Below, in pieces: positions 39,735 through 51,155 of a DNA stretch of 64,000 nt. The stretch is from Podarcis erhardii (taxonomy: Eukaryota). The stretch is taken from the NCBI GenBank assembly GCA_964252035.1, contig CAXUOO010000145.1. One strand, written 5' to 3'. A program made the translations under genes and the position numbers. The notes beneath the pieces are model-generated. The model worked only from the letters and a program-made list of their open reading frames with translations. It had not been told where the DNA came from and did no database searches. The first letter of the stretch is position 1, and each line of letters begins with the position of its first letter.

Positions 39735-42079
39735 CATGTAATTCGCCAGAAGAAAAAGGACTAAGCCGTATGGCGCACAAAGTATTGGTTATGAGATTTC
39801 AGGTGACGTTTCTGAAAGGGGCTAGGTTCCGACCGAAGTGTTTCTCATAGTGTTTTCATAAGTTCCATTCAGCACTTCAGCATGTATTGCAGTTTGTGGA
39901 GAATTGCTATTGACTCTAACTGAAGTGAGAAGCGAAAGGAAAGTAGCTTTTCTGGAGATAGGTGGGCAGTCGGAATTGACACGCGGAAGTGAGATATCAA
40001 AAAGCCAATTCAGCTTAGTCACGTATCTTTCGGCAAACTCTCAAGTTTGCGCCAGCGTGTATATTTTACCGTAAACGTCTGCGATTGTTCTGAAATGCAG
40101 TTTTCCATGCGGGTAGCTTACACTGGATTCCAATAAGTTTGGCGTGACTTTATCATGAGCTTGGCATTCATTGAATACCCGTATTTGCAGGTTTCGGTGT
40201 CATAGCGCCTATATAAGCAATTTTTTTAGTCAGTTCCACTTCCTGAGAGCGAAAATGAACGAAGACACATCTGTATGTTTAAAATTACATATTCGACTAC
40301 AATTTTTATTTAAAATTTTATGACTGTGCACATACATAAATGAGTACGTAAATTTGAAACATTTTAGTTGTATACTGTGCTGTGCACGGTCATGAATTCA
40401 TGAGTGGTTGAACCATCCTACATAAAACTATACTCTCACATGAGCGGTGTAGCCCAAAAATGGGCCTTGACGATGTAAAGTCGAACTATCCTGTTTTGCT
40501 TTGAGAACGTGCAGGGGCTGCATGCGAGGTCATGCAAAACTCCATTTCTAGTTTTCATATAAACGGCATCATCATATGTTTTGACGGAATAAAATAGAAT
40601 TTTGCCTTCGTTCAACATGACACAATAAAGAGGGGTGTTCTTTATAAATACCAGACTCTAATCCATTTGCCTGCTACTCATTATCACAAATTTAGCGGAA
40701 TGGTACGAAAACTCTGCCAACGTGCCGTTAAACAATGTCACACCTGCCGCCCTTCTGCAAAAAGGAGGTCTTCCGCCTTTACATATATATATGACAGACA
40801 ATCTTGGTGTGCAATGTCATACAGAAGAAACGACGAAGTCATCAATACAAAGAGGCACGAGAATTTGCGATGATGCTGAAGACTCTACTAATTATCACTT
40901 GCTTGCACAGTACAAACACACATACCGTTGCACGAAAAAGCATCCATGTTTAGCACATGGCTTCCGCGAATAGCCTGGATACTTGCCAGTCAACAGGTTT
41001 GCATATATATATGTATGCGACTCTCCTACACATCCGTATATATATATATATATATATATAAATACGCACACATACAGTTATGACGTATAAGAGTTGAATC
41101 TCTTTACCAACGTACATTTATACAGCACATATTACTGTAGACGCTCGGTTCACATGCTTGATGACAAGTCATAATACTCACATTTTGTCCACACACTTAG
41201 TGGGAGGAGATGGCCACTCATTCGAAGAGATGACTTTACCAGCAACACATTTATGAACTATGTGTTTTCGTAGAATAACGATGGTGAAAGAGTGTTGTCA
41301 CACTCAAGGCCACCTGTGCAGTCACATACAGGAAACATGTACTTGTATAATGCCAGTAGTTATATACCCACACTCGACTTACATGTATATATATATATAT
41401 ATATATAATAATGAAATCTATTCACGGATGCGTATGCACGGCTGCAGTAATATAAAACCGTACATATATGTCGACGCACCCATATGTATAAGTATATATA
41501 TATATACATATATATTTATATAAAGAGACGCTTCATGGGTAGCGTGTCAATCTTCGGTGAAGAAAGCAGGTTCTTACGAACGAAGCTTTTTTCCGTTCAT
41601 ACACAACGTTGAATGACATATATTTACGTGTCGTCGCAGAATCCAGTGTACCCGCTGGCCGCTACTGAAAGAACGGATTTGTTTTATACTAGACTTAAGA
41701 TCTGCTAAACTAAGGAGTATGGAACGGCAGTATGTATATACGCCGAAAGCAAATGCGATCCGTTTTGAGAATTTCAATTCTCTATCTCAACAGTGTTATT
41801 TCATCATTTCGCATGTGGAAGCACACCTAATCGCTTGGCTTCACGGAATAAAAACCATGATACAGCAAGATAGGTATCAGCAATTCCAGCAAGATGAAAA
41901 ATATCATGCTGAACAAAACCTACCAATATCTGTCAAAAAAGCTCCGAGGAACTTGTTTAAACAAGATTTCCGAGAACGCTCCTGGAATTATGTTTGTAAA
42001 GGAATAAACAAGTGCTCACGTTACAGTGGAACTACTCCGAAAATCGCTCTTCAACTTCGTTCGAAACGTTTCAAAATTG

Positions 42080-42137
<58 letters not shown>

Positions 42138-43309
42138 CGAAACCTGAGAGATCGTGATTACTGAGGTATAAGTACCTGGAATGAAATGAGCTAATAGCTA
42201 CTTCAGTAAAAATTACAGGACTGTAGTACACACTCACAACCAGCTTGACGATCATATCGGTTGAAGAAATCTACGGAAAATCGGGGAACGCTTGTCGTCG
42301 ACAGTCTAGCCGGAGGCGGGTAGCAAAATATTGGACAGAGAGTCATATTTATCATGAATTGCAGTACACGCTCACAACAGGCTCCACGAGCAGATTGGAA
42401 GACAATATTTGAAAAAATTTTGGAAGCGCCTAACGTCAACAGTCTAGTCAATAGCATGGAGCATGACATTGAACAGATAAACATATATTTCTATCAAAGC
42501 AGCGATTTAAAAGTGTTACACTGAACTATTTGCCGTCTGCTGTGCGCTGGGATTGTTGGTTTCTTTATCATTGTGTGTCTGTTGTTATAAAGGTTTGCAT
42601 AAGAGCACCAAGGTGTTTTCTCTAAGTTCTGAAATGCACATGTTTATGAAGAACGTATAGACTCTCAAGGAATAACATGTATGTTTGTACGAGTCCGCGT
42701 ACACTGCGCTCTTTACATATGTATGTACTGGAACCAGTTTAGAAAAATCAATTGTGCCCATCTTCTATTATGCAGTCAGACCTTGATTTGTTCCGGGATA
42801 TAGAAAGCAACCGCTGAAGTAGACATGCATACATACAAACATACATACATACATACGTACATACATACATGTGTTGATATACCAAATTAGCATTCCAGTA
42901 TGGATTTATACAAATCATTCTCTTCTACTCTTTCCAAGCCCGACGTACAGTGACCAAGTGTAGAATATGGCTCACGAAAGCATTGATTGAATCACTCTTT
43001 TTCTGTTTCTTGCCACATTCTTGTAAACCCAACATTTTTCCTTACCTCTTCACGGTTGCTACTGCAACGGATTGATGACGTATGTAAGCCTCAGCTCCCC
43101 TGCTTCTACTCAACAAAGAATACGGCCACATGTCGCGGGCGCCCACACATTTGCGTGTTCGAAATCACGTACATAACCTAGAGAAAATATATAACACAAC
43201 AAGAGAATATACATCACGCCGTATATCGCACGGTTCCTTGACGACCGATGTAACAAGAGAAGTTCAGAAAACAAGAATCAGACATAGTAAGTAGTTGGAG
43301 TTGCTGAGG

Positions 43310-43999
43310 GTGTCAATCTCAACAACTCCAACCACTTACTATGTTTAAGTGGGTAACTTCTCATTTAAAGTAGTGCATACAGCTCAAAAAATCGAGTCAC
43401 GATTTCCTGTAAATGTAAAAATCAACTTCAGCATAGAGCTGGAAGTATGCTCGCTTCTACCACTCGCCACGCAAACTTTGCTGCGCAGGAGATTCATGCA
43501 ACCAATATCAAACATAGAGTCCCCACCATCGTGTACGCTGCGTCAAAGACTGCTCAGTTTCACTGAATTATGTGCTTCCGCAGCCCTAGAGTCTTCAGTT
43601 CATCTCAGCTCCCTCGATGCGGAAAGCCGTCAACAGCATTGTTTCCTTGAACCCTTCATAGATCCCGCAAACGTTTGTGAAAAAAGCGCCATAATTCAAT
43701 TCATCTAATGCATACAAACACTATGCACGTCTCGCACTTTAGGGAATCAATGCCTTCAACCCCCCGGTACAGCCGCTGATGAATGCGAGACTACAAAACC
43801 GACCAAGCGATTTCTGGCGTGTTGCTTCCCCTCACTGATGGTTCGCAGGCTTTGGAAGTCGTGTGCGAGAGTGTCAATCTCAGCGACTCCACCAATATAT
43901 TATGTTTTCGTGGGTAACTTCTCATTTAAGATAGTGCAAACAGCTCCGGAAAAAAAAAATCCAGCCACGATTTCCTGTGAATGTACAAATCAACTTCAG
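43310..43999. repeat. Dispersed imperfect direct repeat, ~125 bp (43310-43431 and 43871-43999)
   Basis: Shared blocks in the same order: GTGTCAATCTCA, GTGGGTAACTTCTCATTTAA, TAGTGCA, CACGATTTCCTGT and AAATCAACTTCAG. Confidence 0.88.
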
Positions 44000-45123
44000 A
44001 CATACATGTTGCATGCTCTTTTCAAGATTTTTCAAAGAAAAAATGTTGCATTGGATATGGTGCAGCTTCTGATTTGTCACATTTTCCAGCGTCGTAGTAG
44101 CTTTTGCTGCCGCAGCAGCTGCTGCAGCTCTTGGCTAAGCTGCCCTTGTTGACTGAGACTTTCTAGCGTACCTCAAAATATATTCCACTGATGCCTGAAA
44201 ACCTTCAGCAGCTCTTACATATGTTCCTATCGCGTGTAGCCTCTACTCTTGCAGATGTTTCATAAACAGAAGCATACTCACAAACAGCCTGCCGGTGCGC
44301 AGCCCGCAGCAGCAACACCACGAGCCGCACAATCAAAGGGTTCAGCTTCAAGGAGCACTCCTGCATATGGATCTTCTCCAGCTAAGCAACCAAAATTAGC
44401 ACTCTACCATTTTGAGGCCGCTGTTGCTGTGTGCATGCTGATCCGCGTACGCAAAAGCTCCACACAGCGCCCCTCTACCTTTCTACCTTTTCCATCCACT
44501 CATCATTATCTATACTTCTCTGTTGTGTCAAAGTTGCTGCTATATTCTTTAATGTTGTTTAATTTAGTTTTCCTGCTGTCGCGATTCATACATGATGCTA
44601 GTCTTTTTCCCTATAGAGGCGAGTCACTGTCCTTCCTTATGCTGTCAACTCAGCAACACTCGTGGTTTTGCCTATACAGTGCACCAGCCCCTTCCTATAT
44701 GACTACCTTACCACAGCAACAGCTGCTGCTGCAGTCTTTGCTGCAGTCAATGGTATAACACCAACGGTAGGCTGTGATGTTGCAACAAATATGCTATTGC
44801 TCTGCTGCTTCGACATCCAAAAATGCTGCTGATATAACTGTTGGACGAGTCGGTGCTGCGGCAGTCTAAGGGTCAATAACGCGACTACAATGCAGAAACC
44901 GGCGAAGGCTATGCTGCCCGACAGCAGCCATATCGCAAAATCAAGCTGAACAGCAACGTCCTACCAGCTCCAATGAATGTAGCAGAAGACAACAAGGCAG
45001 CAAAAGAAGGAACAGCCAGCTGGAACGAAGCCGACTGCACACAGCAGAAGCAAAGCAGCAGGGTCACGCAAGTACGGGACCGAAGTGAGACCAAAAGCAG
45101 TGCGACCCCACCCTCCCAAGTTA

Positions 45124-45187
45124 TACAATTACGGACCACGCTGAACGTCCACATTCACATACATATATATACATATATACATACATG

Positions 45188-45221
<34 letters not shown>

Positions 45222-45811
45222 CATAAATACACACCAAAGAGAAGTACGTTAGACAGTGGTGGCGTATAGGCACCAGCAGCAATTCCTTATATATATTCGA
45301 AAAAATTCAAAACTGTAGTGGTTGCTGGATATAGTGCGAGAAGGTCTAAATGGTCTGCAAAGGGGACATGAGGACGTTCAGGGTACGCAGAGGCATTTTC
45401 AGAAAGGTAGGAGTGAACATCTACTCATCAATGTGAACAACGCTTTATAGAACATAGGGTTAGCAGCAACAATTGCTGCATTCACAACATGTGGAGAAGG
45501 TGGCAAACAGCAATAGTCTGCAAACCTCTAGCGAATCATCAAGCTCAAAACATGCAAATAACTGATAATGCTCTGCATCACTAGATTAGAAATTTTGAAA
45601 TCAGAATGTATGATACCGCATCAAATTGTTGAAGCGTTACATTCGAACTACCGATGTACATTGGTACAAAATTAGTTGAAAGACTTGAATGTGATCATTA
45701 GTCCAGTTGACAAACCGATTGCCTGGGATTTTTTTACAATTACGGACCACGCTGTTACGCCCCCATTCACATACATATATTCATATATACGTACATACAC
45801 ACTACAAGAAG
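45124..45811. repeat. Two copies of a short element with a microsatellite tail (45124-45244 and 45735-45811)
   Basis: TACAATTACGGACCACGCTG is identical at 45124 and 45735. Each copy is followed by CATTCACATACATATAT.CATATATAC.TACAT and an AC-rich tail ending CAA(A)GA(G)AAG. Confidence 0.8.
45560..45735 (-). pseudogene. cox1: Second cox1 fragment (NUMT)
   Basis: The minus strand reads GLMITF (45704-45687) and NFVPMYIGSSNVTLQQFDAVSYIL. Positions 45608-45670 align directly with 46535-46599 of the larger cox1 remnant. Confidence 0.7.
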
Positions 45812-45814
45812 GAA

Positions 45815-46335
45815 TTTGGTGCTCCAAAACCAGGGGTAAGTCAACAGGACCGTTTTGCAGGGATGCTAGCCTCCAAAAAGCGAAAAAATTGGACAAAAAC
45901 CTCATAAACGTATGCGTGGCAGCTGCAGTTATTGACGGATCATCGATATTCACTGTATGCTGACGACAGACAAAATTGTACAATTAGTTAACCATTGTGC
46001 CCAGTGAACTCGATCCCCAGGACAATGTGTTTTCACTAATGAGAAATGTAAATAGTGTTTGGTATTGTGACTGTATAAGAAGGAAGTGATATATATCCAA
46101 ACAGCGTGGCTTGTGCTACCAGAGTCTGCTGTATCATCTGAGCATGCACCGCTATCCAAGAAACAAAAAGAGCTCACATTTCCAAATACCCAAAATAGTG
46201 GTATAAGTTTGCTAGTGAAACCGGGATCACAGTAGATACGAACTTGATATCTGGTGGTACATAATAAACAATGATTGCAAAACCCTTTCAACTGACTATA
46301 CCGACTTCAGTTCTTATAAACTACACTTTCGTTGC
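45815..46335 (-). pseudogene. cob: Cytochrome b 5' and middle remnant (NUMT)
   Basis: Colinear degenerate motifs, each paired with the recalled coccidian cob motif: VVYK (LVFYR), GFTS (AFAS), TGGGTATTTGGAAATG (GWEFRM), SSFCFL (ASFVFL), AVWIY..FLY (TAWMSGLVLY), LSWG (LPWG), TFMRFL (TLKRFF) and LQNG (LHLNG). Confidence 0.6.
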
Positions 46336-46349
46336 TGATGGGAGTCCAG

Positions 46350-46800
46350 TATAGGGATTGACTATATCCAACCCAAAGCAAATGCCAGGTCAATTCAGAA
46401 CCAGTGTACAGATTCCGTATTCAAAGTCATAAGAGTGCTATTTAGCTTAAAAGATACATACTCCAACCTATTCTAGAACCATTCTTTAAGAATATGCTCT
46501 GCATTGAAAAAATCGATTCTGATGGAATTAGGAAGTATGGTACCGCATCAATTCGTGGGTACATTACTACCGAACTACCGCTATATATATTGGTACAAAG
46601 CAATTATAAAAGCTTGCAAATAATGCGGGCATTAAGTACAGAAAAATCAGATAGTCCGTGTTTACTGATTCTGTATATATAGTACGAGATCCGGTACTGG
46701 AAAGTCCAACTCTAATCACATTTAACATCAGAGTTCCACCTACACCAAGTATACCCCGCCGGTAATAAGATGCATTCTCGCTATTATTTCGTGAATGGTG
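46350..46800 (-). pseudogene. cox1: Cytochrome c oxidase subunit 1 5' remnant (NUMT)
   Basis: Colinear motifs across frameshifts: HLITG (46772-46758), GGTLM, SSTGSRT (46704-46681), LMPALF, FVPIYI, YPRIDAVPYFLIP, GWSMY and TLMTLNTESVHW. These match coccidian cox1 as I recall it ('YLITG...YSSGSRI...LMPALY...FVPIYIGGSEVVFPRTNAISYFLVP...GWTMYPPLSTSLM..NPEATDW'). Confidence 0.82.
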
Positions 46801-46875
46801 TACGCCAAGAAAAATCTAGTTCTACTGTATTCTATATTCACAAAAGACATACACCAGATACTTCTACTTCATATA

Positions 46876-46980
46876 CACAATCGGTATGAAAAGGTACGCC
46901 GGAAATAACCAGTCAGATAAGGTTGGGAGTCCATATCCTCAAATCATATCAGCATCTCCCAGTCGGTTCAGTACTCCCTT
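46876..46980 (+). pseudogene. Mitochondrial LSU rRNA fragment (peptidyl-transferase region, domain V) within the NUMT
   Basis: ATCGGTATGAAAAGGTACGCCGGAAATAACCAGTCAGATAAGGTTGGGAGTCCATATCC...CAGCATCTCCCAGTCGGTTCA aligns with the universal LSU motif AACGGATAAAAGGTACTCCGGGGATAACAGGCTGAT...GAGTTCATATC...GGCACCTCGATGTCGGCTCA. Confidence 0.85.
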
Positions 46981-47109
46981 CTTGTCGTTAGATTACAAGA
47001 ACAGTATTGCTCAAGTACCCAATCACTGACACTCTATGAGCAGTAATAGAATATGATAAAGGGATTGGTGAGAGAACTAACCAAATCTAGTCGATTATAT
47101 TGTGTAAAA

Positions 47110-47520
47110 GAGTTTCCATTATTCACATAGGTATCGTAAAAATGTTGTTGAAAGAGTAACAGGATACCACATATTTTGGCTTGGGTAAAATGTGATTCTG
47201 TCATTAGCATTGATGTAATTTGATAATCTCAAGCACTCACTTTATAGTAAAAAGCAGAAGCATTCTATAATTCAGAAGTGATTTTATCAATTAGAAACAA
47301 ACTTACATAAACAATGTTAACTTTTTAGACGCATGCTTGTAACAACTGCATGAAGTGTAGAATCGTCATGATTGTTACAATGGAACTAGAACTTCGTAGA
47401 AAAATAACCCTTACAAAGGTATTCCATTATTATAATCATGACGTTTTACAATTAATGTGGTCGTTACAAGCCAGTATTTGAAAAACCAAAATATGATCGT
47501 TGTAAGTGAGTATACGAAGG
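47110..47520 (+). pseudogene. cox3: Cytochrome c oxidase subunit 3 remnant (NUMT)
   Basis: Colinear motifs: IIHIG (47118; cf. LFHIG), EAFYNSE (47257; cf. ENYYSD), VVVTSQYLKNQ (~47457-47489; cf. IVVSSVYLKNQ) and MIVVSEY (cf. MLVCTEY). Frameshifts and deletions lie between them. Confidence 0.62.
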
Positions 47521-47620
47521 ATACAATCAAATTCTTATTACAGAAGTCTTCTGCTTCCTCCTAAGAAGTTATTCATATAAAATCAGTTACATATAGGTAT
47601 CACTGAGAATGCTTTAAGAA

Positions 47621-47659
<39 letters not shown>

Positions 47660-47923
47660 CACGCATTATCTATGTATATACTCAGGATAGTGCTTCAATT
47701 ACATATATGCTCGCAGTCCAACTACTTGAGCGGGCGCCCCCCAGTTGGTGCTAATGAATAATGTACTTGCAGAACGAATCATTCAAATACTACCGGATAA
47801 CGCCACTCAGAATAATACTTTTTCCGAGCGCAGCAACAGAAAAGGAGAGCATTACAGGTTCTTTCTTGTAACTGCACACAGTTGATTTCAAAATTGCTAT
47901 GCATATAAAAGTGTAAGGGGATG

Positions 47924-47965
<42 letters not shown>

Positions 47966-48427
47966 TATATCTGAATATACGTTCGCCTGAAAAATTGTGT
48001 GTGTCTGCAGGAAAATATGTTTTTCACTTGTGTTGATGTGTGTTTCTTAATGCATATTCGTTATATATGAATGTGAAGATAATCGTATCTAAAAATGTTA
48101 AGCTGCTGTGCGTGACCTTGAAACACAAATGAGCAAAGTGAACCTAGAAACAGTGACTTGAACTACCTCAAGGAATTAGCAGCAGAGGGTACGACGAAGT
48201 ACTTGATTTGTAAAACTCAAGGAGCGATGAACGGAGACACGTAAAAGAGATAGAGAGTAATAGTAGAGAAAATAGTCAAACGAGATGTCAAATAGAGAGA
48301 GGCAGGTACAGTCGCAAACGCGTAAACATCTACGTGTATCCCTTGAAAACTCCTGCGGCGGTGGCATTGTGTCGGCTGATGAGCAATCAGCTGCACAATG
48401 TAGATGACAACAGCGAAAAACGGCATC

Positions 48428-48468
<41 letters not shown>

Positions 48469-48922
48469 AATATGCTGGTTCTGCAACAATATGTACGCTC
48501 GAGTGTACAGTATGCTGTGTACTTTTACGTGTGGATGTATTTGTCTTCGTTCATGTGGAAGTTATTGTGTTTGCGTTGTCAAGTACAAGAAACATTGGGT
48601 GTATGATTTCTGATATATATATTCCTTGTGTAAAATTCAGCGGTTAATCGGTGCCACAGCATTACTTTCTTCAAAGTACGGATGCACATACTCTATTACG
48701 TATTGGAATTATTTATTCTTCAGATACTAGCAGTATATATTCTGCAGAAAAATGATCCGCTATGTTGAACAAGCCGCTTTGAGGAAATGACTGATCTTTA
48801 ACGCTTTGAGGTGCTGTTATTGATGTGGTATTGCTGCTGTTGTGTTGGTACACGAAACATTTCTCCTGATAGGAGACAAAAGAGCGACTGCTGCGGACCC
48901 TGAGCTGTTGTTGGTGTTGCTG

Positions 48923-49059
48923 NNNNNNNNNNNNNNNNNNNNNNNNNNNNNNNNNNNNNNNNNNNNNNNNNNNNNNNNNNNNNNNNNNNNNNNNNNNNNN
49001 NNNNNNNNNNNNNNNNNNNNNNNNNNNNNNNNNNNNNNNNNNNNNNNNNNNNNNNNNNN
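48923..49059. other. Assembly gap (137 N)
   Basis: Run of N, flanked by CTG/CAG-type repeats. Confidence 1.
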
Positions 49060-51155
49060 AAGTCTTTGTAGCAGCACCAGCAATAGTGCACAGCTGCCAA
49101 TACGAATGCGTTGTTGCGGTGCATGTAGTCATCGTGTACTCAATATCAATAGCGACTGCTGCAGTATCACCAGCAATGACAGTATCAGCATTCGTTATAA
49201 ACAGCACCGGCAATAACTGCAGCGCCACAGCAGCTGTACTTGCGTGTGTAGCTGCAAGCTTTTCCTTCTTCGATGCCGTCTCTGGTCAAATTTTATTTTT
49301 CGACAAAGGTATGCTAGAAGAAATTCTGTTTGAGAAGGTCGCTTTCGCCTTTCTTTCCTCATTATCTATTGAATTTAGTATTTTATCACAAACCCTTCTT
49401 AGAGTTGTTTCTGGGCCTACACACTTTCACTGTGCCTTCGGTTTCTGCTGCTCTCTCCTCCCGCCTTGTCCGGCACGGTGCTGCTGCGGCCCCTCTGCCA
49501 CTGCTGCTGAGGCTCTTTTCTCTGCCGTTATAGTAGAGGACTGCGTCTAGTGCTTATTCTGCAGCATATGCTATTTGTTGCTGTTGTTACTGCCTCTATT
49601 TCTATGGTGCTTCCTGGTGACACATTTTTAAGCTGCACGCCTGCAGTTCTCGCTACTGCTGGCCTAACATTCCACACGATAGTCCGTTTCGCAGTGAATC
49701 AACTACTATTTTTTCCCGAGGAAAGCTCCAGCAGCGAAGCTACCAGAAGTAGAGTTTTTCTCATGAACTGAAAGCGCCGATTTGGTTGCTGTGATCGGTG
49801 CTACTTCAAGGGAAGCTCCCCACAAATATGCTGAACGGCCTTGACGCCAATAGCCGCAGTCTCTATGACATACGTGCAATTTCCGTTAAAGGCTCTAGTC
49901 CTTCCATTCGTCTGATTCTGTCACTTTTCGTTCATTCTTCGAATTTGATGTCATTGTGACCTGCTCTCCTCACACTGCTGTGGTGGCTGCTGCTGTGGCC
50001 CTCTGCATGACTCTGGCATTTTCCGCCTTCTCCTTCTGCAAAGAGGCACAAGAAAAAGCTGCTGATTACGGCGTGTAGCATGTAGTAGATTTTCCACTCT
50101 TCTTTTGCATATATATATATATATATATATGTGAAGGTGACTGTGGAAAATATAATCCAGCTTCTACCTACATCTCGCCAGATGCCTCAATTTCTTATCG
50201 TGGGTCATATGTGGAAACCATCAACAAGGATGCTCAAATATACGGTTCTTGAAGCCCCGACAAAATCCCAGTTCCTGTCAAACGCCGACGCTACACTTTC
50301 GACTATCGCATCGTGTTTGTGCTGCGGTGTGCTTTTGCGTTCATCCTATACAAAAATGTCTCGTCGCTTCACTGTATAAAGTGTTGCTCCTTTCCTGCTA
50401 CACGTCTGCATAACAGGCTCATGACGGGCAGTGCTGCAGCAGCAGCGGCGAACGCTGCTGCTGCCGTGTACATACACCGGCATGCAGCTGCGTGCACAAG
50501 TACACATGCGTATATTCTGAGTAAGACTCTACTTCGTATCACAGTATCGAATACAATACTGTACGTCCTTTTCTAAGCTCAATGTAGTTATTCTTGTGGT
50601 TTTCATTAACCTAATTGTCACTACAACTGCATGTCACAAACTATATATAAACACGTCTACATATGTACATGCAAGTATAGTTTACATGATGCACTAAGAG
50701 GTGTGTATATCATTCACTTCTGTGGAGTACCTGTACATCTGAGTAAATTTTCTGTATACCTGCTGCTTCTCTTGTTGCTGCCGCTTCTCTTGTTGCTGCC
50801 GCTTCTCGTATGTCTGCCCAGGACGTTACATTGTTTGAAGAAGACTGCGGTGCCCTTTCACCATAGCATGTGACCACTGATATGTAAGCGTCACTCTGAC
50901 TCTTTTCAAAGTATTTTTCCGGTAGCGAGATACGAACTCGGATTTTTTTTGGATTATGTAGATGGCTGAACATAAACCAAAAGAACGTAGATGAGTATTT
51001 TTTCGTTCATCACTTGCTAACTCTTCTGTATCAAAAACCTAGCACACTATAGCCTGCTGCACAACAGCAGGAGCAATAGATGCAACCGCAGCAACACCAT
51101 CAGCAGAAACAGGAGCATTAGCAGCAGCGCACTACTTAAGAGTAGCTACAGCAGG

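Larger units (their letters stand above)
45560..47520. other. Ancient nuclear copy of mitochondrial DNA (NUMT) with cox1, cob, LSU rRNA and cox3 remnants
   Basis: AT-richer block with colinear but frameshifted and stop-riddled matches to apicomplexan mitochondrial genes. Details are in the component features. Confidence 0.8.

Noticed and set aside
48700-50600. Coding region around the assembly gap
   Set aside because: Candidate frames are interrupted by stops, and the ORFs arise from CAG/CTG runs and N-padding.
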